Shown here: piece by piece, positions 37,584-46,063 of the stretch
How the letters are laid out: the number at the start of each line of letters is the position of its first letter
Position numbering within the stretch: position 1 is the stretch's first letter
Assembly (NCBI GenBank): GCA_964636545.1
Contig: CAZWSR010000001.1
Location: 13,254 to 77,253 of the forward strand
Direction of reading: 5' to 3'
Origin: Candidatus Undinarchaeota archaeon
GTDB lineage: Archaea > Undinarchaeota > Undinarchaeia > Undinarchaeales > UBA543
Length of the DNA stretch: 64,000 nt
Notes under the pieces: generated by a model
What the model was told of the DNA's origin: nothing
Database searches by the model: none
Seen by the model: only the letters and a program-made list of their open reading frames with translations
Translations under genes and position numbers: made by a program

Positions 37584-37655
37584 AGAATTTAGAATTTTGA
37601 GTTTAGAATTTAGAGTTCACTCCAAATTCCAAAATCTAAACTCTAAACTCTGAAC
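37584..37655. repeat. long inverted repeat of AGAATTT/AGAGTTT hexamer units in a divergent intergenic region
   Basis: AGAATTTAGAATTTTGAGTTTAGAATTTAGAGTTCAC / TCCAAATTCCAAAATCTAAACTCTAAACTCTGAAC. Confidence 0.55.
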
Positions 37656-37701
37656 AGAACTAACCAAATATCTTTTTAAACACTAAATACTACTACTCCA
37701 C

Positions 37702-39444
37702 ATGAAGCGGTCACTGATCGCCCTTACAGTCCTATTCGTTATGTTAGCTTTAGCTGGTTCAGTTCATGCAATTCCTGGAATAAACAGCTCAACAACAATT
37801 GCAATTAACGATCCAGACACAAACGAACTTTTTACTTTGCCACGTACTAATCAAAAACTTGAATCATGGGTAAATTTTTCATACACTGTACGAGGAGATA
37901 ATAATGTGAGCTGGTGCAAACTGGTATCAAATAACACACAGATGGCAGTCAATATTAGTATTGAGCGAATAGGAAACGAGTATTTTAGAGACATTGCACT
38001 CACAAATGGAACTTGGTGGTATTATATTCAGTGCATGGATAATTATTCAAAACTCTATAATTCAACAAACGAAACATTGCGAATTATTCTTGATGATACT
38101 CCACCAACAGTTAGTCTGAATATACAAGACACAACTTACAACACAACTGATGGCAGAACACTATTCCGATTCAATACAACAGAGATGGAAACTGGAATAG
38201 ATAATTGTACATTGTTTGTTGAAGATGAAGAAAGAGGAAAGTTAGAATCAGTTGGAAATAACAGTCGAGCTACTTTCCCTGAGCTTGTGTTTGGAGAAGG
38301 AGACTATATGTGGTATGTGGTTTGTCAGGATAATGCAGGAAATATTGGGAAATCAACGCATGGGTTGCTAATTGGAGAACTTATTGCGTCACAGACTATA
38401 TTTCTTAACAGCCCCCCAGACCAAGCAGTTGATTTAGACACTTATGTAACTTTCAAATACACACCAGCGAGCCGTCTGCAAATAAACTGGTGCGGGCTAT
38501 TGCTTAATGAAACTCATAATGTAACAGACAATGAAATAGAAAACGCAACAGAGAATGTTTTTGAGAAAGTAAAACTGAACCACGGTCCATACAACTGGTC
38601 AATAAGCTGTGTGGACTCAGAAGGAAATAATGTAACTTCAGGAAAAAGAGAATTGTTTGTCAACAGAACAATACTTCTGAGCGAATATCTAAGAATAAAT
38701 ATTTCAGCTCCAGCAGACCTTCAAATAGTTGATTCGGGTGGAGTAACAATTCATTATACCCCAACAGCAGTTCTTGGCCTGAACCGTTGCGAATTGTTAA
38801 CAAACAGGAGTGTTCGAGGAGTTACTGAAGGAATTAGTAGTGGCGAAGAAGCACTGTTTTCAGGAGTTTCATTTTCCGAAGGTATATGGGAATGGAGACT
38901 TCGCTGTTTTGATAATTCAGGTAATGAAATAAATTCAGAACTGAGAACATTGATAGTTAATGCACAAGATCCAGAACCAATAATAAATGAACCAGATAAG
39001 AAGATATCTGGAGAAATTGAAGATAAAGATATTACAGAAATTCTTTCAGATATTAAGGGAAGAGCTAAGGGCTTTTTGGGAATGAGTAATGCAGCTTGGC
39101 TTGCACTTGTGATAATAGTTGTTTTCTTGGGAGTTGGGGCAAGCGTGATTGTAACTGATAAAAAGTTTGAATTAGAATTAATAAAAGATGTTCAGTTGGT
39201 TTTGTATAAATTAAAGATTAGAAAAGATCCACCTAATGCTAAAAAGAAAAACCCATTAACTGTGGAGCACAAGAAAGCTTTGAAAGATTATATCACATAT
39301 CATATGAAGAATGGAGTTGCAAGAGTAAAGATTGAGGACCATTTGCGATCTCATGAATGGAGAAATAATCATATTAAAGAAGTGTTTGATGAGCTTGAAG
39401 AAGAATGGGATGAGTGGCGGGATAGATTTGTTGAGAAAGAATAG
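37702..39444 (+). CDS. surface protein with four or five tandem Cys-pair domains, TM anchor and cytoplasmic tail
   Basis: Signal peptide ...LALAGSVHA. Repeated about 100-aa units each with WC/NC...C pairs (VSWCKLV..YIQCMD, IDNCTLF..YVVCQD, INWCGLL..WSISCVD, LNRCELL..WRLRCFD). TM helix then an about 100-aa charged tail. Confidence 0.5.
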   Translation: MKRSLIALTVLFVMLALAGSVHAIPGINSSTTIAINDPDTNELFTLPRTNQKLESWVNFSYTVRGDNNVSWCKLVSNNTQMAVNISIERIGNEYFRDIALTNGTWWYYIQCMDNYSKLYNSTNETLRIILDDTPPTVSLNIQDTTYNTTDGRTLFRFNTTEMETGIDNCTLFVEDEERGKLESVGNNSRATFPELVFGEGDYMWYVVCQDNAGNIGKSTHGLLIGELIASQTIFLNSPPDQAVDLDTYVTFKYTPASRLQINWCGLLLNETHNVTDNEIENATENVFEKVKLNHGPYNWSISCVDSEGNNVTSGKRELFVNRTILLSEYLRINISAPADLQIVDSGGVTIHYTPTAVLGLNRCELLTNRSVRGVTEGISSGEEALFSGVSFSEGIWEWRLRCFDNSGNEINSELRTLIVNAQDPEPIINEPDKKISGEIEDKDITEILSDIKGRAKGFLGMSNAAWLALVIIVVFLGVGASVIVTDKKFELELIKDVQLVLYKLKIRKDPPNAKKKNPLTVEHKKALKDYITYHMKNGVARVKIEDHLRSHEWRNNHIKEVFDELEEEWDEWRDRFVEKE

Positions 39445-39483
39445 ATTTTTATAATCGTTATTACAAGAAAAACACCCTACCTT

Positions 39484-39572
39484 GCGGGGGTAGCAAAGCC
39501 TGGTCAAATGTGCTAGGTTGAGGGCCTAGTTCCTTAGTGGATTCGAGGGTTCAAATCCCTTCCTCCGCACCA
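39484..39572 (+). tRNA. tRNA-Leu (anticodon GAG), CCA encoded
   Basis: Acceptor GCGGGGG/CCTCCGC, D-stem GCA/TGT with 13-nt D-loop AAGCCTGGTCAAA, anticodon arm CTAGG-TTGAGGG-CCTAG, 15-nt variable arm, T-arm GAGGG-TTCAAAT-CCCTT, A73, CCA. Confidence 0.8.
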
Positions 39573-39589
39573 ATTTCTTAAAACAGTAA

Positions 39590-39690
39590 TTTGAACCAAT
39601 TTCAAAACAGGGCTTCGCGAAGCGAACGCCCTTATGCCATCGTCCGCGGCAAGGCGGACTGTTCGAACCTCGTCCCCCGCATCACACTTT
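39590..39690. other. structured tRNA-like element downstream of tRNA-Leu (conserved hairpin GTCCGCGGCAAGGCGGAC, GTTCGAAC T-loop-like palindrome, inverted copy of GCGGGGG acceptor)
   Basis: Does not fold as a canonical tRNA by hand. The hairpin and flanks (CCAAyTTCAA...TGCC...GTCCGCrGCAAGGCGGA) recur at window positions 20-60. Confidence 0.3.
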
Positions 39691-39750
39691 TAATAATCTT
39701 TATTCGTGCTAGATAAAGTTAAATAATACAGATTAACAGTAAATTATACT

Positions 39751-40824
39751 ATGATTGATGAAGTCAGTTTTGTTGCAAAGGCCGGTGATGGAGGAGATGG
39801 ACAGGTCAGCTTCAAACGAGATAAGAATGGCCCTAAAAGCGGCCCTGATGGAGGGAATGGAGGCAACGGCGGTTCTATCTATATTGAAGCTGATTCTAAC
39901 ATAAATACCCTAAGTGACTTTGCTGGGAAAACGAGAATAACTGCAGAAAATGGAGAGAAAGGTAAACGAGGGCGTAACAATCCTAAAAAAACACAAGACA
40001 TAACTCGTAAAGTTCCTGTTGGAACAATGATTTACAATGCAACCACTAATCGACTTATATTAGACCTTAACAAGTCCGGCATGAGCTATTGTATCGCGCA
40101 TGGTGGTAAAGGCGGGTTGGGTAATTGGCGTTTCAAATCATCGAAGGATGTAGCCCCAACTAAATTTACTTATGGAGAAAAAGTCAAACCAATCAATGTT
40201 CATCTAAAACTCAAAGTTTTGGCTCAAATTGGATTAGCTGGTTTACCAAATACTGGAAAAAGCACAATACTTTCTGTTCTAACCAAAGCTAAACCAAAAA
40301 TTGCAAATTATCCTTTTACTACTTTATCTCCAAATTTAGGGGTTATGGAAACAATTGACAAAACAGGTGACTTGGTTATAGCAGATATCCCTGGTTTGAT
40401 TGAGGGTGCGTCACTTGGTAAGGGTTTAGGAATTCGTTTTCTCAAACACCTTCAAAGATGTCAATTAATTGTATATGTTATATCTCCTGAAATTCATGAA
40501 CTTGAATTAACTGGAGAACAAATAGCTCAGAGTTTATGGGAACAAAAAGAAAAAGTTGAGAATGAAATGACACAGTTCAGTGCTGAGCTTGTAAAAGTTT
40601 CAAGTATGATTGTTATTAACAAAAAAGATCTTTTAACACAAGAACAACAAGATGCAATTTTATCTTTTTTCAAAACAAAGAACAAAAAAATTATGCTAAT
40701 CTCTGCTGCTACAACTGACAATATACAGATATTTTCAAATGAGCTTCAGGAGAAATACAAAAAAGCTGTACTTACTAAAGTAGATGAAGAAAAAGATAAC
40801 TCAGATTATACACCCAACCCGTAA
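39751..40824 (+). CDS. obg: bacterial-type GTPase Obg/CgtA
   Basis: Gly-rich Obg fold (AGDGGDGQVSF, GPDGGNGGNGGS) followed by G-domain GLAGLPNTGKST, DIPGLIEGA. Confidence 0.85.
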   Translation: MIDEVSFVAKAGDGGDGQVSFKRDKNGPKSGPDGGNGGNGGSIYIEADSNINTLSDFAGKTRITAENGEKGKRGRNNPKKTQDITRKVPVGTMIYNATTNRLILDLNKSGMSYCIAHGGKGGLGNWRFKSSKDVAPTKFTYGEKVKPINVHLKLKVLAQIGLAGLPNTGKSTILSVLTKAKPKIANYPFTTLSPNLGVMETIDKTGDLVIADIPGLIEGASLGKGLGIRFLKHLQRCQLIVYVISPEIHELELTGEQIAQSLWEQKEKVENEMTQFSAELVKVSSMIVINKKDLLTQEQQDAILSFFKTKNKKIMLISAATTDNIQIFSNELQEKYKKAVLTKVDEEKDNSDYTPNP

Positions 40825-40857
40825 TTTTCAGCTATGAGTACGCGCCACATCACAATT

Positions 40858-41304
40858 TTAAAACTCTTTCTTCATTGGCTGATAAACCATTCCCTGCTTC
40901 CTTGAAATTCCACGTGACTTTTTAAATCCATGTTTTGTGTAGAAACCAACAGCAGAGAGTGCGGACCAGACAAATATCTTTTTCACACCACAGCCCTTAT
41001 AATAAGATTCAACTTTTTTGAGAAGTGCAGAGCCAATACCCTGTCCATGGTATTTTTTATTAACAAACATTGCTCCAACTCGATTGTGTTTTTTAAAAGC
41101 ACTTCCAACACCAACAATAGTATTGTTAATTTTTGCAACATAAAGTGGATCTTTATTCTTCAGAACTTCACTAACCGTTATATCTTTCTCAATTAATTCG
41201 CGACCCTCTTTTGTAAAGTCCTGAAAAACATGATTCCGGAAACCAGTAAGTATTACATTTACAACTTTGTCTTCATCACCTTTCTGGAATCTTTCTATTT
41301 TCAT
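40858..41304 (-). CDS. GNAT family N-acetyltransferase
   Basis: Acetyl-CoA binding motif HGQGIGSALLKKVE in a 148-aa protein. Confidence 0.7.
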   Translation of the reverse strand: MKIERFQKGDEDKVVNVILTGFRNHVFQDFTKEGRELIEKDITVSEVLKNKDPLYVAKINNTIVGVGSAFKKHNRVGAMFVNKKYHGQGIGSALLKKVESYYKGCGVKKIFVWSALSAVGFYTKHGFKKSRGISRKQGMVYQPMKKEF

Positions 41305-41392
41305 TACAAGTATAAATCAGTAAAGTGAATATAAAAAGCTATGGCACTCACGTTAACACTAAATACAATACCCTAAAAAGAACATGTCTTTT

Positions 41393-41713
41393 TTATTCTG
41401 CTTTTGGCTCTTCAGTTTTAGCTTCTTCGCCAGCTTTGACAATCTTACCGTTTCGTCCTGCAGATATCTGTTTGTTACCCTGCCATTCTGAAACCCAGCC
41501 GTCAATTATGCTGATCTTATCGCCTTCATTAACAGTGTCAATGTCCTCATTCCACAAAGTTAGAGTCATTTCTCCACTGTCGTCTTTGAGAGTAGCATTG
41601 CAAACTCTTCCTTCTTTTCCAAATTTTTGGAATGTTCGTACATCCATTTTTTCAACAACATCTACATTTTCAAGTGTAGCGGCCTGTTGTGCTAATACTT
41701 CTTTTATTTTCAT
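41393..41713 (-). CDS. OB-fold nucleic-acid-binding protein (RPA/SSB-like)
   Basis: 106 aa. GEMTLTLWNEDIDTVNEGDKISIIDGWVSEWQG resembles the OB-fold tRNA/helicase-type family. Acidic C-terminal tail. Confidence 0.45.
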   Translation of the reverse strand: MKIKEVLAQQAATLENVDVVEKMDVRTFQKFGKEGRVCNATLKDDSGEMTLTLWNEDIDTVNEGDKISIIDGWVSEWQGNKQISAGRNGKIVKAGEEAKTEEPKAE

Positions 41714-41775
41714 TCTATTAAATTACCTCTCATTTAGTAGGACTAGAAGTAGTATATAAAATTTTGCCGGGAACA

Positions 41776-42786
41776 TCAAATTGTTACTTTTCCAATAACT
41801 CGTAAACTATCTCGCAAATCTGACCGGAAAATAACCGCAGTATCTGAATATTTTGATAATGGTTTCTCAAGTTTCATTTTAAAATTAGTATCTTCAACCA
41901 CGCCTTCAACAACCTGCGCACCAAGAGCAACGCGATACTTTTCTCCAACACTAATATCGTTTTTGTAAAAAGGATTCTTTTCAAAAGTTCCAGAAAGTTC
42001 TTCAATACACACTAATTCTTCAGAAGAAAGCACAAAACCGCGTTTTAGCTCATCAACTTTAACACCTTTTACAGCAAGACCGGGCCGGATAGGAGCAGTT
42101 ACTTCTTTTTGGTCAACATCCATAACTTGCATTGATTTAACAAGAACTTCTTTCTTAAGAGGATAAATTGTAAACTTTTCATATGCTTTCATAACACCGG
42201 TTTTAAGTTCTCCAAGCAAAACAGTTCCAATACTTTTCACATCAAAAAAATGGTCCATAACAAACAAAGATTTATCAGATTTTTCAAACTCAACAGATTT
42301 TACCCACTCTTTTAATTCATTAATTTCAGAATCATTTTTCAAAGAAACATCAAGAATTTTGGAATCTTTCAAACTTGTATTTGCAAGTAATGCTTCGAGT
42401 TTTGAATGCATATCAGAAATTTTAAAATCGCTTTCGCAAGTAGTTTTGTCAATAAGAAAACAAGTGGTTTTCTTTAGATAATCAAGAATTATTACAAGTT
42501 CTCCAAGACGATAATCAAGAGTATAATCAGCAGGAAGAACAACAATTGCACATTCAGAAACCTCTGCGCACTGGAAAACTGTTTCAATTTTTTCAGGATA
42601 TGAAAACGCAGCTGCAATATTCAAAACACCATCTGCAAGATCGCCATGATAGAGTGCAATATTACTTTCAGTTGCTTTTTTCCCAAGCTTCGCTGAAAAT
42701 GAATTTACTGTTTCAAGATCAACACTGAAAAGTGAAACATTGTACTGCATGACTCGTTTTGATAATAAAGTTGTATTTAAACGCAT
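41776..42786 (-). CDS. translation-factor-like GTPase paralog with degenerate G domain and EF-Tu domain II
   Basis: GTVLLGELKTGVMKAYEKFTIYPL...GFVL beta-barrel domain II signature. The N-terminal region lacks an intact GxxxxGK[ST]. Start taken at Met31 of the track ORF. Confidence 0.45.
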   Translation of the reverse strand: MRLNTTLLSKRVMQYNVSLFSVDLETVNSFSAKLGKKATESNIALYHGDLADGVLNIAAAFSYPEKIETVFQCAEVSECAIVVLPADYTLDYRLGELVIILDYLKKTTCFLIDKTTCESDFKISDMHSKLEALLANTSLKDSKILDVSLKNDSEINELKEWVKSVEFEKSDKSLFVMDHFFDVKSIGTVLLGELKTGVMKAYEKFTIYPLKKEVLVKSMQVMDVDQKEVTAPIRPGLAVKGVKVDELKRGFVLSSEELVCIEELSGTFEKNPFYKNDISVGEKYRVALGAQVVEGVVEDTNFKMKLEKPLSKYSDTAVIFRSDLRDSLRVIGKVTI

Positions 42787-42823
42787 TGAATAATGAGAAC
42801 CGAGTTTGAACTCAATAAAGAGG

Positions 42824-42833
42824 GTATATATAA
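42824..42833. promoter_or_regulatory. palindromic TATA element (GTATATATAA) in divergent promoter region
   Basis: Located about 40 bp from the helicase ATG (42875) and about 40 bp from the minus-strand gene start (42786). Confidence 0.35.
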
Positions 42834-42874
42834 CAGTGATTAGAAATGAGACAACACAAAAAGGACGAAAAAAC

Positions 42875-44365
42875 ATGCAAAATATAAAATCAGTTAAAGA
42901 ATTTGAAAGATCAAAAAGTCAACCACAGCATAGGCCAGCCAAAAAAACACATAAACCAAGCAGAAGAGAACAAGAAAACCCAATAAAAAACCAATGGCCA
43001 CCAAAAAAAGCACACGAAGGTTCAGAAAAACAGAGTTATAGTCTGGACTCTGTAGCTCTATTTAAGAAACTAGGACTAAATGACACAATACTTAGATCAC
43101 TTGCAGAACATGGATTTATAACCCCAACAGAAATACAAACCAAATCAATACCAATTGTTATTGCAAGAAAGGACGTTATAGCACGAGCTGCAACTGGCTC
43201 TGGAAAAACACTTGCTTTTGGATCAGGAATTATACAAAATATTACCAGAGGAAAAGGTTTGCAAGCATTGATTCTTACACCAACTAGGGAACTGGCAGAA
43301 CAGAATGCTGAAGAATTAAGGAAGTTTTCAAAATACAAACCACTTAGAATTGTAAAAATTTATGGCGGAGTGCCGATTAACCCACAAATACACAAAGTCA
43401 GAAGTGCCGACATTGTTGTTGGAACACCAGGACGACTCCTTGATCATATGGAAAGACGAACAATTTCATTAAGAAATATTGACACAGTTGTGCTTGATGA
43501 AGCAGACAGGATGCTTGACATGGGTTTCTTGCCAGATGTTCAAAAAATAATTGGCGCTTGCCCATTAGAAAGGCAGACACTTTTGTTTTCAGCAACTGTT
43601 TCTGGTGGTGTATCTAGCTTAGCTAGAAAATACATGAAAAACCCACAAGAAGTGTTTGTGAAATCCTTTGTTGACCCATCAAAACTTGAGCAAATTTATT
43701 ATGATATACCGCACAACATGAAATTTTCTTTACTTGTTCACTTACTGAAAAACGAGGACTCAAAACTTGTAATGATATTCTGTAACACAAGACACATTGT
43801 TGATTCTATAGCAGATAACCTGCAGCAACATGGAATAAACGCAATACCAATCCACGGCGGTTTGGCTCAGTCAAAGCGAAAGAAAACATTAGGAAAATTC
43901 CATTCACAAGAATCGCAAGTACTTGTGTGCACTGATGTTGCAGCACGTGGACTGGATATTCCGCATGTTTCACATATTTACAATTACGATATTCCAAAAG
44001 AAAGCAGCCAGTATATCCACAGAATTGGAAGAACAGCGCGCGCAGGAAAAGATGGAAAAGTAATCAACATACTTTCTGATGCAGACCACATGAATTTTAG
44101 AAAAGTAATGAACGAAAATGTAGGTAAAATAACAAGAGTAGAGAAGCCATATGTTGAAAGGGTACGGCTTCAACATTCAGCAAGAAGTAGGCCTAGAACA
44201 GGTGGTTATGGTGGAAGAAGACAAGGTGGTGGAGGCAGAAGAACCGGCGGCGGACAACAGGGTTCTGGAAAAAGACAACACAATCATCCGCCTAAAAAAC
44301 ACAAACACCCACCAAAACAGCTTAGCCATTCACCTAAAAAACCGCATGCAAAACCAGCAAATTAA
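42875..44365 (+). CDS. DEAD-box ATP-dependent RNA helicase with C-terminal RGG tail
   Basis: Q motif, AATGSGKT, PTRELA, DEAD (VVLDEADRM), SAT, HRIGRTARAG. Gly/Arg-rich tail. Start at ATG 42875. Confidence 0.9.
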   Translation: MQNIKSVKEFERSKSQPQHRPAKKTHKPSRREQENPIKNQWPPKKAHEGSEKQSYSLDSVALFKKLGLNDTILRSLAEHGFITPTEIQTKSIPIVIARKDVIARAATGSGKTLAFGSGIIQNITRGKGLQALILTPTRELAEQNAEELRKFSKYKPLRIVKIYGGVPINPQIHKVRSADIVVGTPGRLLDHMERRTISLRNIDTVVLDEADRMLDMGFLPDVQKIIGACPLERQTLLFSATVSGGVSSLARKYMKNPQEVFVKSFVDPSKLEQIYYDIPHNMKFSLLVHLLKNEDSKLVMIFCNTRHIVDSIADNLQQHGINAIPIHGGLAQSKRKKTLGKFHSQESQVLVCTDVAARGLDIPHVSHIYNYDIPKESSQYIHRIGRTARAGKDGKVINILSDADHMNFRKVMNENVGKITRVEKPYVERVRLQHSARSRPRTGGYGGRRQGGGGRRTGGGQQGSGKRQHNHPPKKHKHPPKQLSHSPKKPHAKPAN

Positions 44366-45201
44366 ATATTTTTCAATAATGTATTAACATAATCCATAGA
44401 ACCGTCATTTAATACTAACGCATCATACACAGCAGAATACTGGTCAATAAATTTATCAATATACTGATTTAAGAAACCAATATTAATACAACAATCGTGG
44501 CTTATGCCTTTGGCCATGTCAATATCTCCTAGCATATCACCCAAGAGTAAAACATTTCGCCTCTTTTCTATCTGACTCAAATAAGGAGCATAACTTATCT
44601 GCACTTCGTTTTTATTACAAGTATGAATAACTGGCGTTTTATAACCAGTTACTTCTCCTTGAGTATTAAATTCAAAAAAATTAGCAATAATATGAATATT
44701 ATCTGTTAACTTGTTTTCTGACTCAAGATATTTCTGTATTAGAGTCCCGACACCTGCAGAAAAAATTAGCAAAGGCACATTGTTCTCAACAAGCATATCC
44801 AAAAACTCAAAAGCACCATCACGCAATTGAATTTTTTTCTATTTAATAATATTTTCAAGCATCTCTAACTTCAATCCAGAATCAACTGTCAATTGCAAAA
44901 ACTTATTCCACCACTCATTCATCAACTTTTTCTTTTGGTCCAGAGGAATAAATGGTGAGATTTCTTGAGAATAATATTCATCGTGAAGTTTTTTGTATTC
45001 AATCTGATATTCAGAAGAAAAATGCAACTCATTCTTCACCAACTCAGAAGTACTAAAATGTTTTCCATCAATATGTCCCTTAGTTAAAGTACGATCAAAA
45101 TCAGCAACAACATGAAAACCACTAAACCCATCTCTCTTAAATTCAGCTAACTTTTTTGTGAGTTCTTCTTGTTTTGGGATATGAATTTGATTATTGACCA
45201 T
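44362..45201 (-). pseudogene. NT5C3/UMPH-1-type HAD-family 5'-nucleotidase interrupted by a single in-frame TAG (44839-44841)
   Basis: Track ORFs 44839..45201 and 44362..44826 are in the same frame, separated only by TAG. The N-terminal part has DFDRTLT motif I, the C-terminal part has LLIFSAGVG and GDMLGDIDMA motifs. Confidence 0.55.
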
Positions 45202-45350
45202 TCTTGTTCAAGTTTCATAGAAAAAACTAGCTATATACTTTTGCCAAGCACCAATACACTTAAATACACCCCCAAACCCAGAAAGCTTAGCACAAAAAGA
45301 ATTACATATGTAACTATTTTTGTGAAATAAATAAAAAAGGTAAAAATAAA

Positions 45351-45923
45351 ATGTACGTAGATGACGAAACTCCTGAGGAAGCACCTCAGGAAGAAACAAA
45401 AGAACAGGAAGAAGTTGAAGCTCCAGAAGAAGCTACTTCCGAAGAAAACACAGCAGAAGCTCCAGAAGAGGAAGCAGCTCCAGAAGAAACACCAGCAGAA
45501 GAGCCAGCTCCAACTGAAGATGCAGCTCCTGAAGAAGAAGCAGCAGCTCCAGAAGAAGCAGCTCCAGCAGAAGAACCAGCAAGCGGCGAAGTTAAAACAG
45601 ATGATCGCGGACGTGAAATACACAGTGCAACCTGTGCAGATTGCGGACAGACATGTGAAATTCCTTTTAAGCCAGACCCTGAAAAGCCAGTATACTGCAG
45701 AGATTGCTACCAGAAGCACAGACCACCAAGGCGCAGCTTTGGCGGCGGTGGCGGAGGCGGCTTTGGCGGTGGTGGACGCGGCGGAGGCGGTGGCGGCAGT
45801 TTTAGCCGTGGACCAAGAGAGATGCACGATGCAACTTGCGCAAAATGCGGAAAAGCATGCCAGGTTCCATTCAAGCCTTCCGGTGAGAGACCAGTTTACT
45901 GCAGAGATTGTTATCAGAAGTAG
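45351..45923 (+). CDS. acidic protein with two CxxC-x17-CxxC zinc-ribbon repeats separated by a Gly-rich linker
   Basis: Two copies of CxxCGxxCxxPFKPxxxxPVYCRDCYQK. N-terminal E/A/P-rich low complexity. Local GC about 55%. Confidence 0.5.
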   Translation: MYVDDETPEEAPQEETKEQEEVEAPEEATSEENTAEAPEEEAAPEETPAEEPAPTEDAAPEEEAAAPEEAAPAEEPASGEVKTDDRGREIHSATCADCGQTCEIPFKPDPEKPVYCRDCYQKHRPPRRSFGGGGGGGFGGGGRGGGGGGSFSRGPREMHDATCAKCGKACQVPFKPSGERPVYCRDCYQK

Positions 45924-46063
45924 TAAAACTGATTAAGCTGTAAAATACTAGGCGTCGATAGGGTAAGATCTTTGGCGCATTATTTTTCTTTAAATTAAAT
46001 AAAATAGTGTGAACTTTCTTAAAAAAAACTATAAATAGGAGAATAACTACTTGTTTTATTACT

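Noticed and set aside
16261-37655. Tandem short repeats considered as a possible CRISPR array.
   Set aside because: Units are 6-7 nt microsatellite-like tandems or inverted arrangements with no 25-40-nt repeat/spacer periodicity. No cas genes are present.
39590-39690. Attempt to fold the segment after tRNA-Leu as a canonical second tRNA.
   Set aside because: GTTCGAAC is present but no complementary T-stem, D-arm or acceptor pairing could be built on either strand. Reported only as a tRNA-like structured element.
44839-44841. In-frame TAG in the nucleotidase considered as evidence of amber reassignment (for example pyrrolysine).
   Set aside because: TAG is the terminating codon of conserved genes in this window (ahcY at 97-99, mtnP at 3255-3257). 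Global reassignment is therefore unlikely. Pseudogene or error is favoured, and it is kept as a finding.
45231-45936. Long overlapping ORFs 45231..45827 (-) and 45361..45936 (+) over the zinc-ribbon gene.
   Set aside because: These are alternate-frame artefacts of a GC-rich, repeat-encoding stretch (poly-Ala/Lys/Gln translations). The 45351..45923 frame alone gives structured CxxC ribbons.
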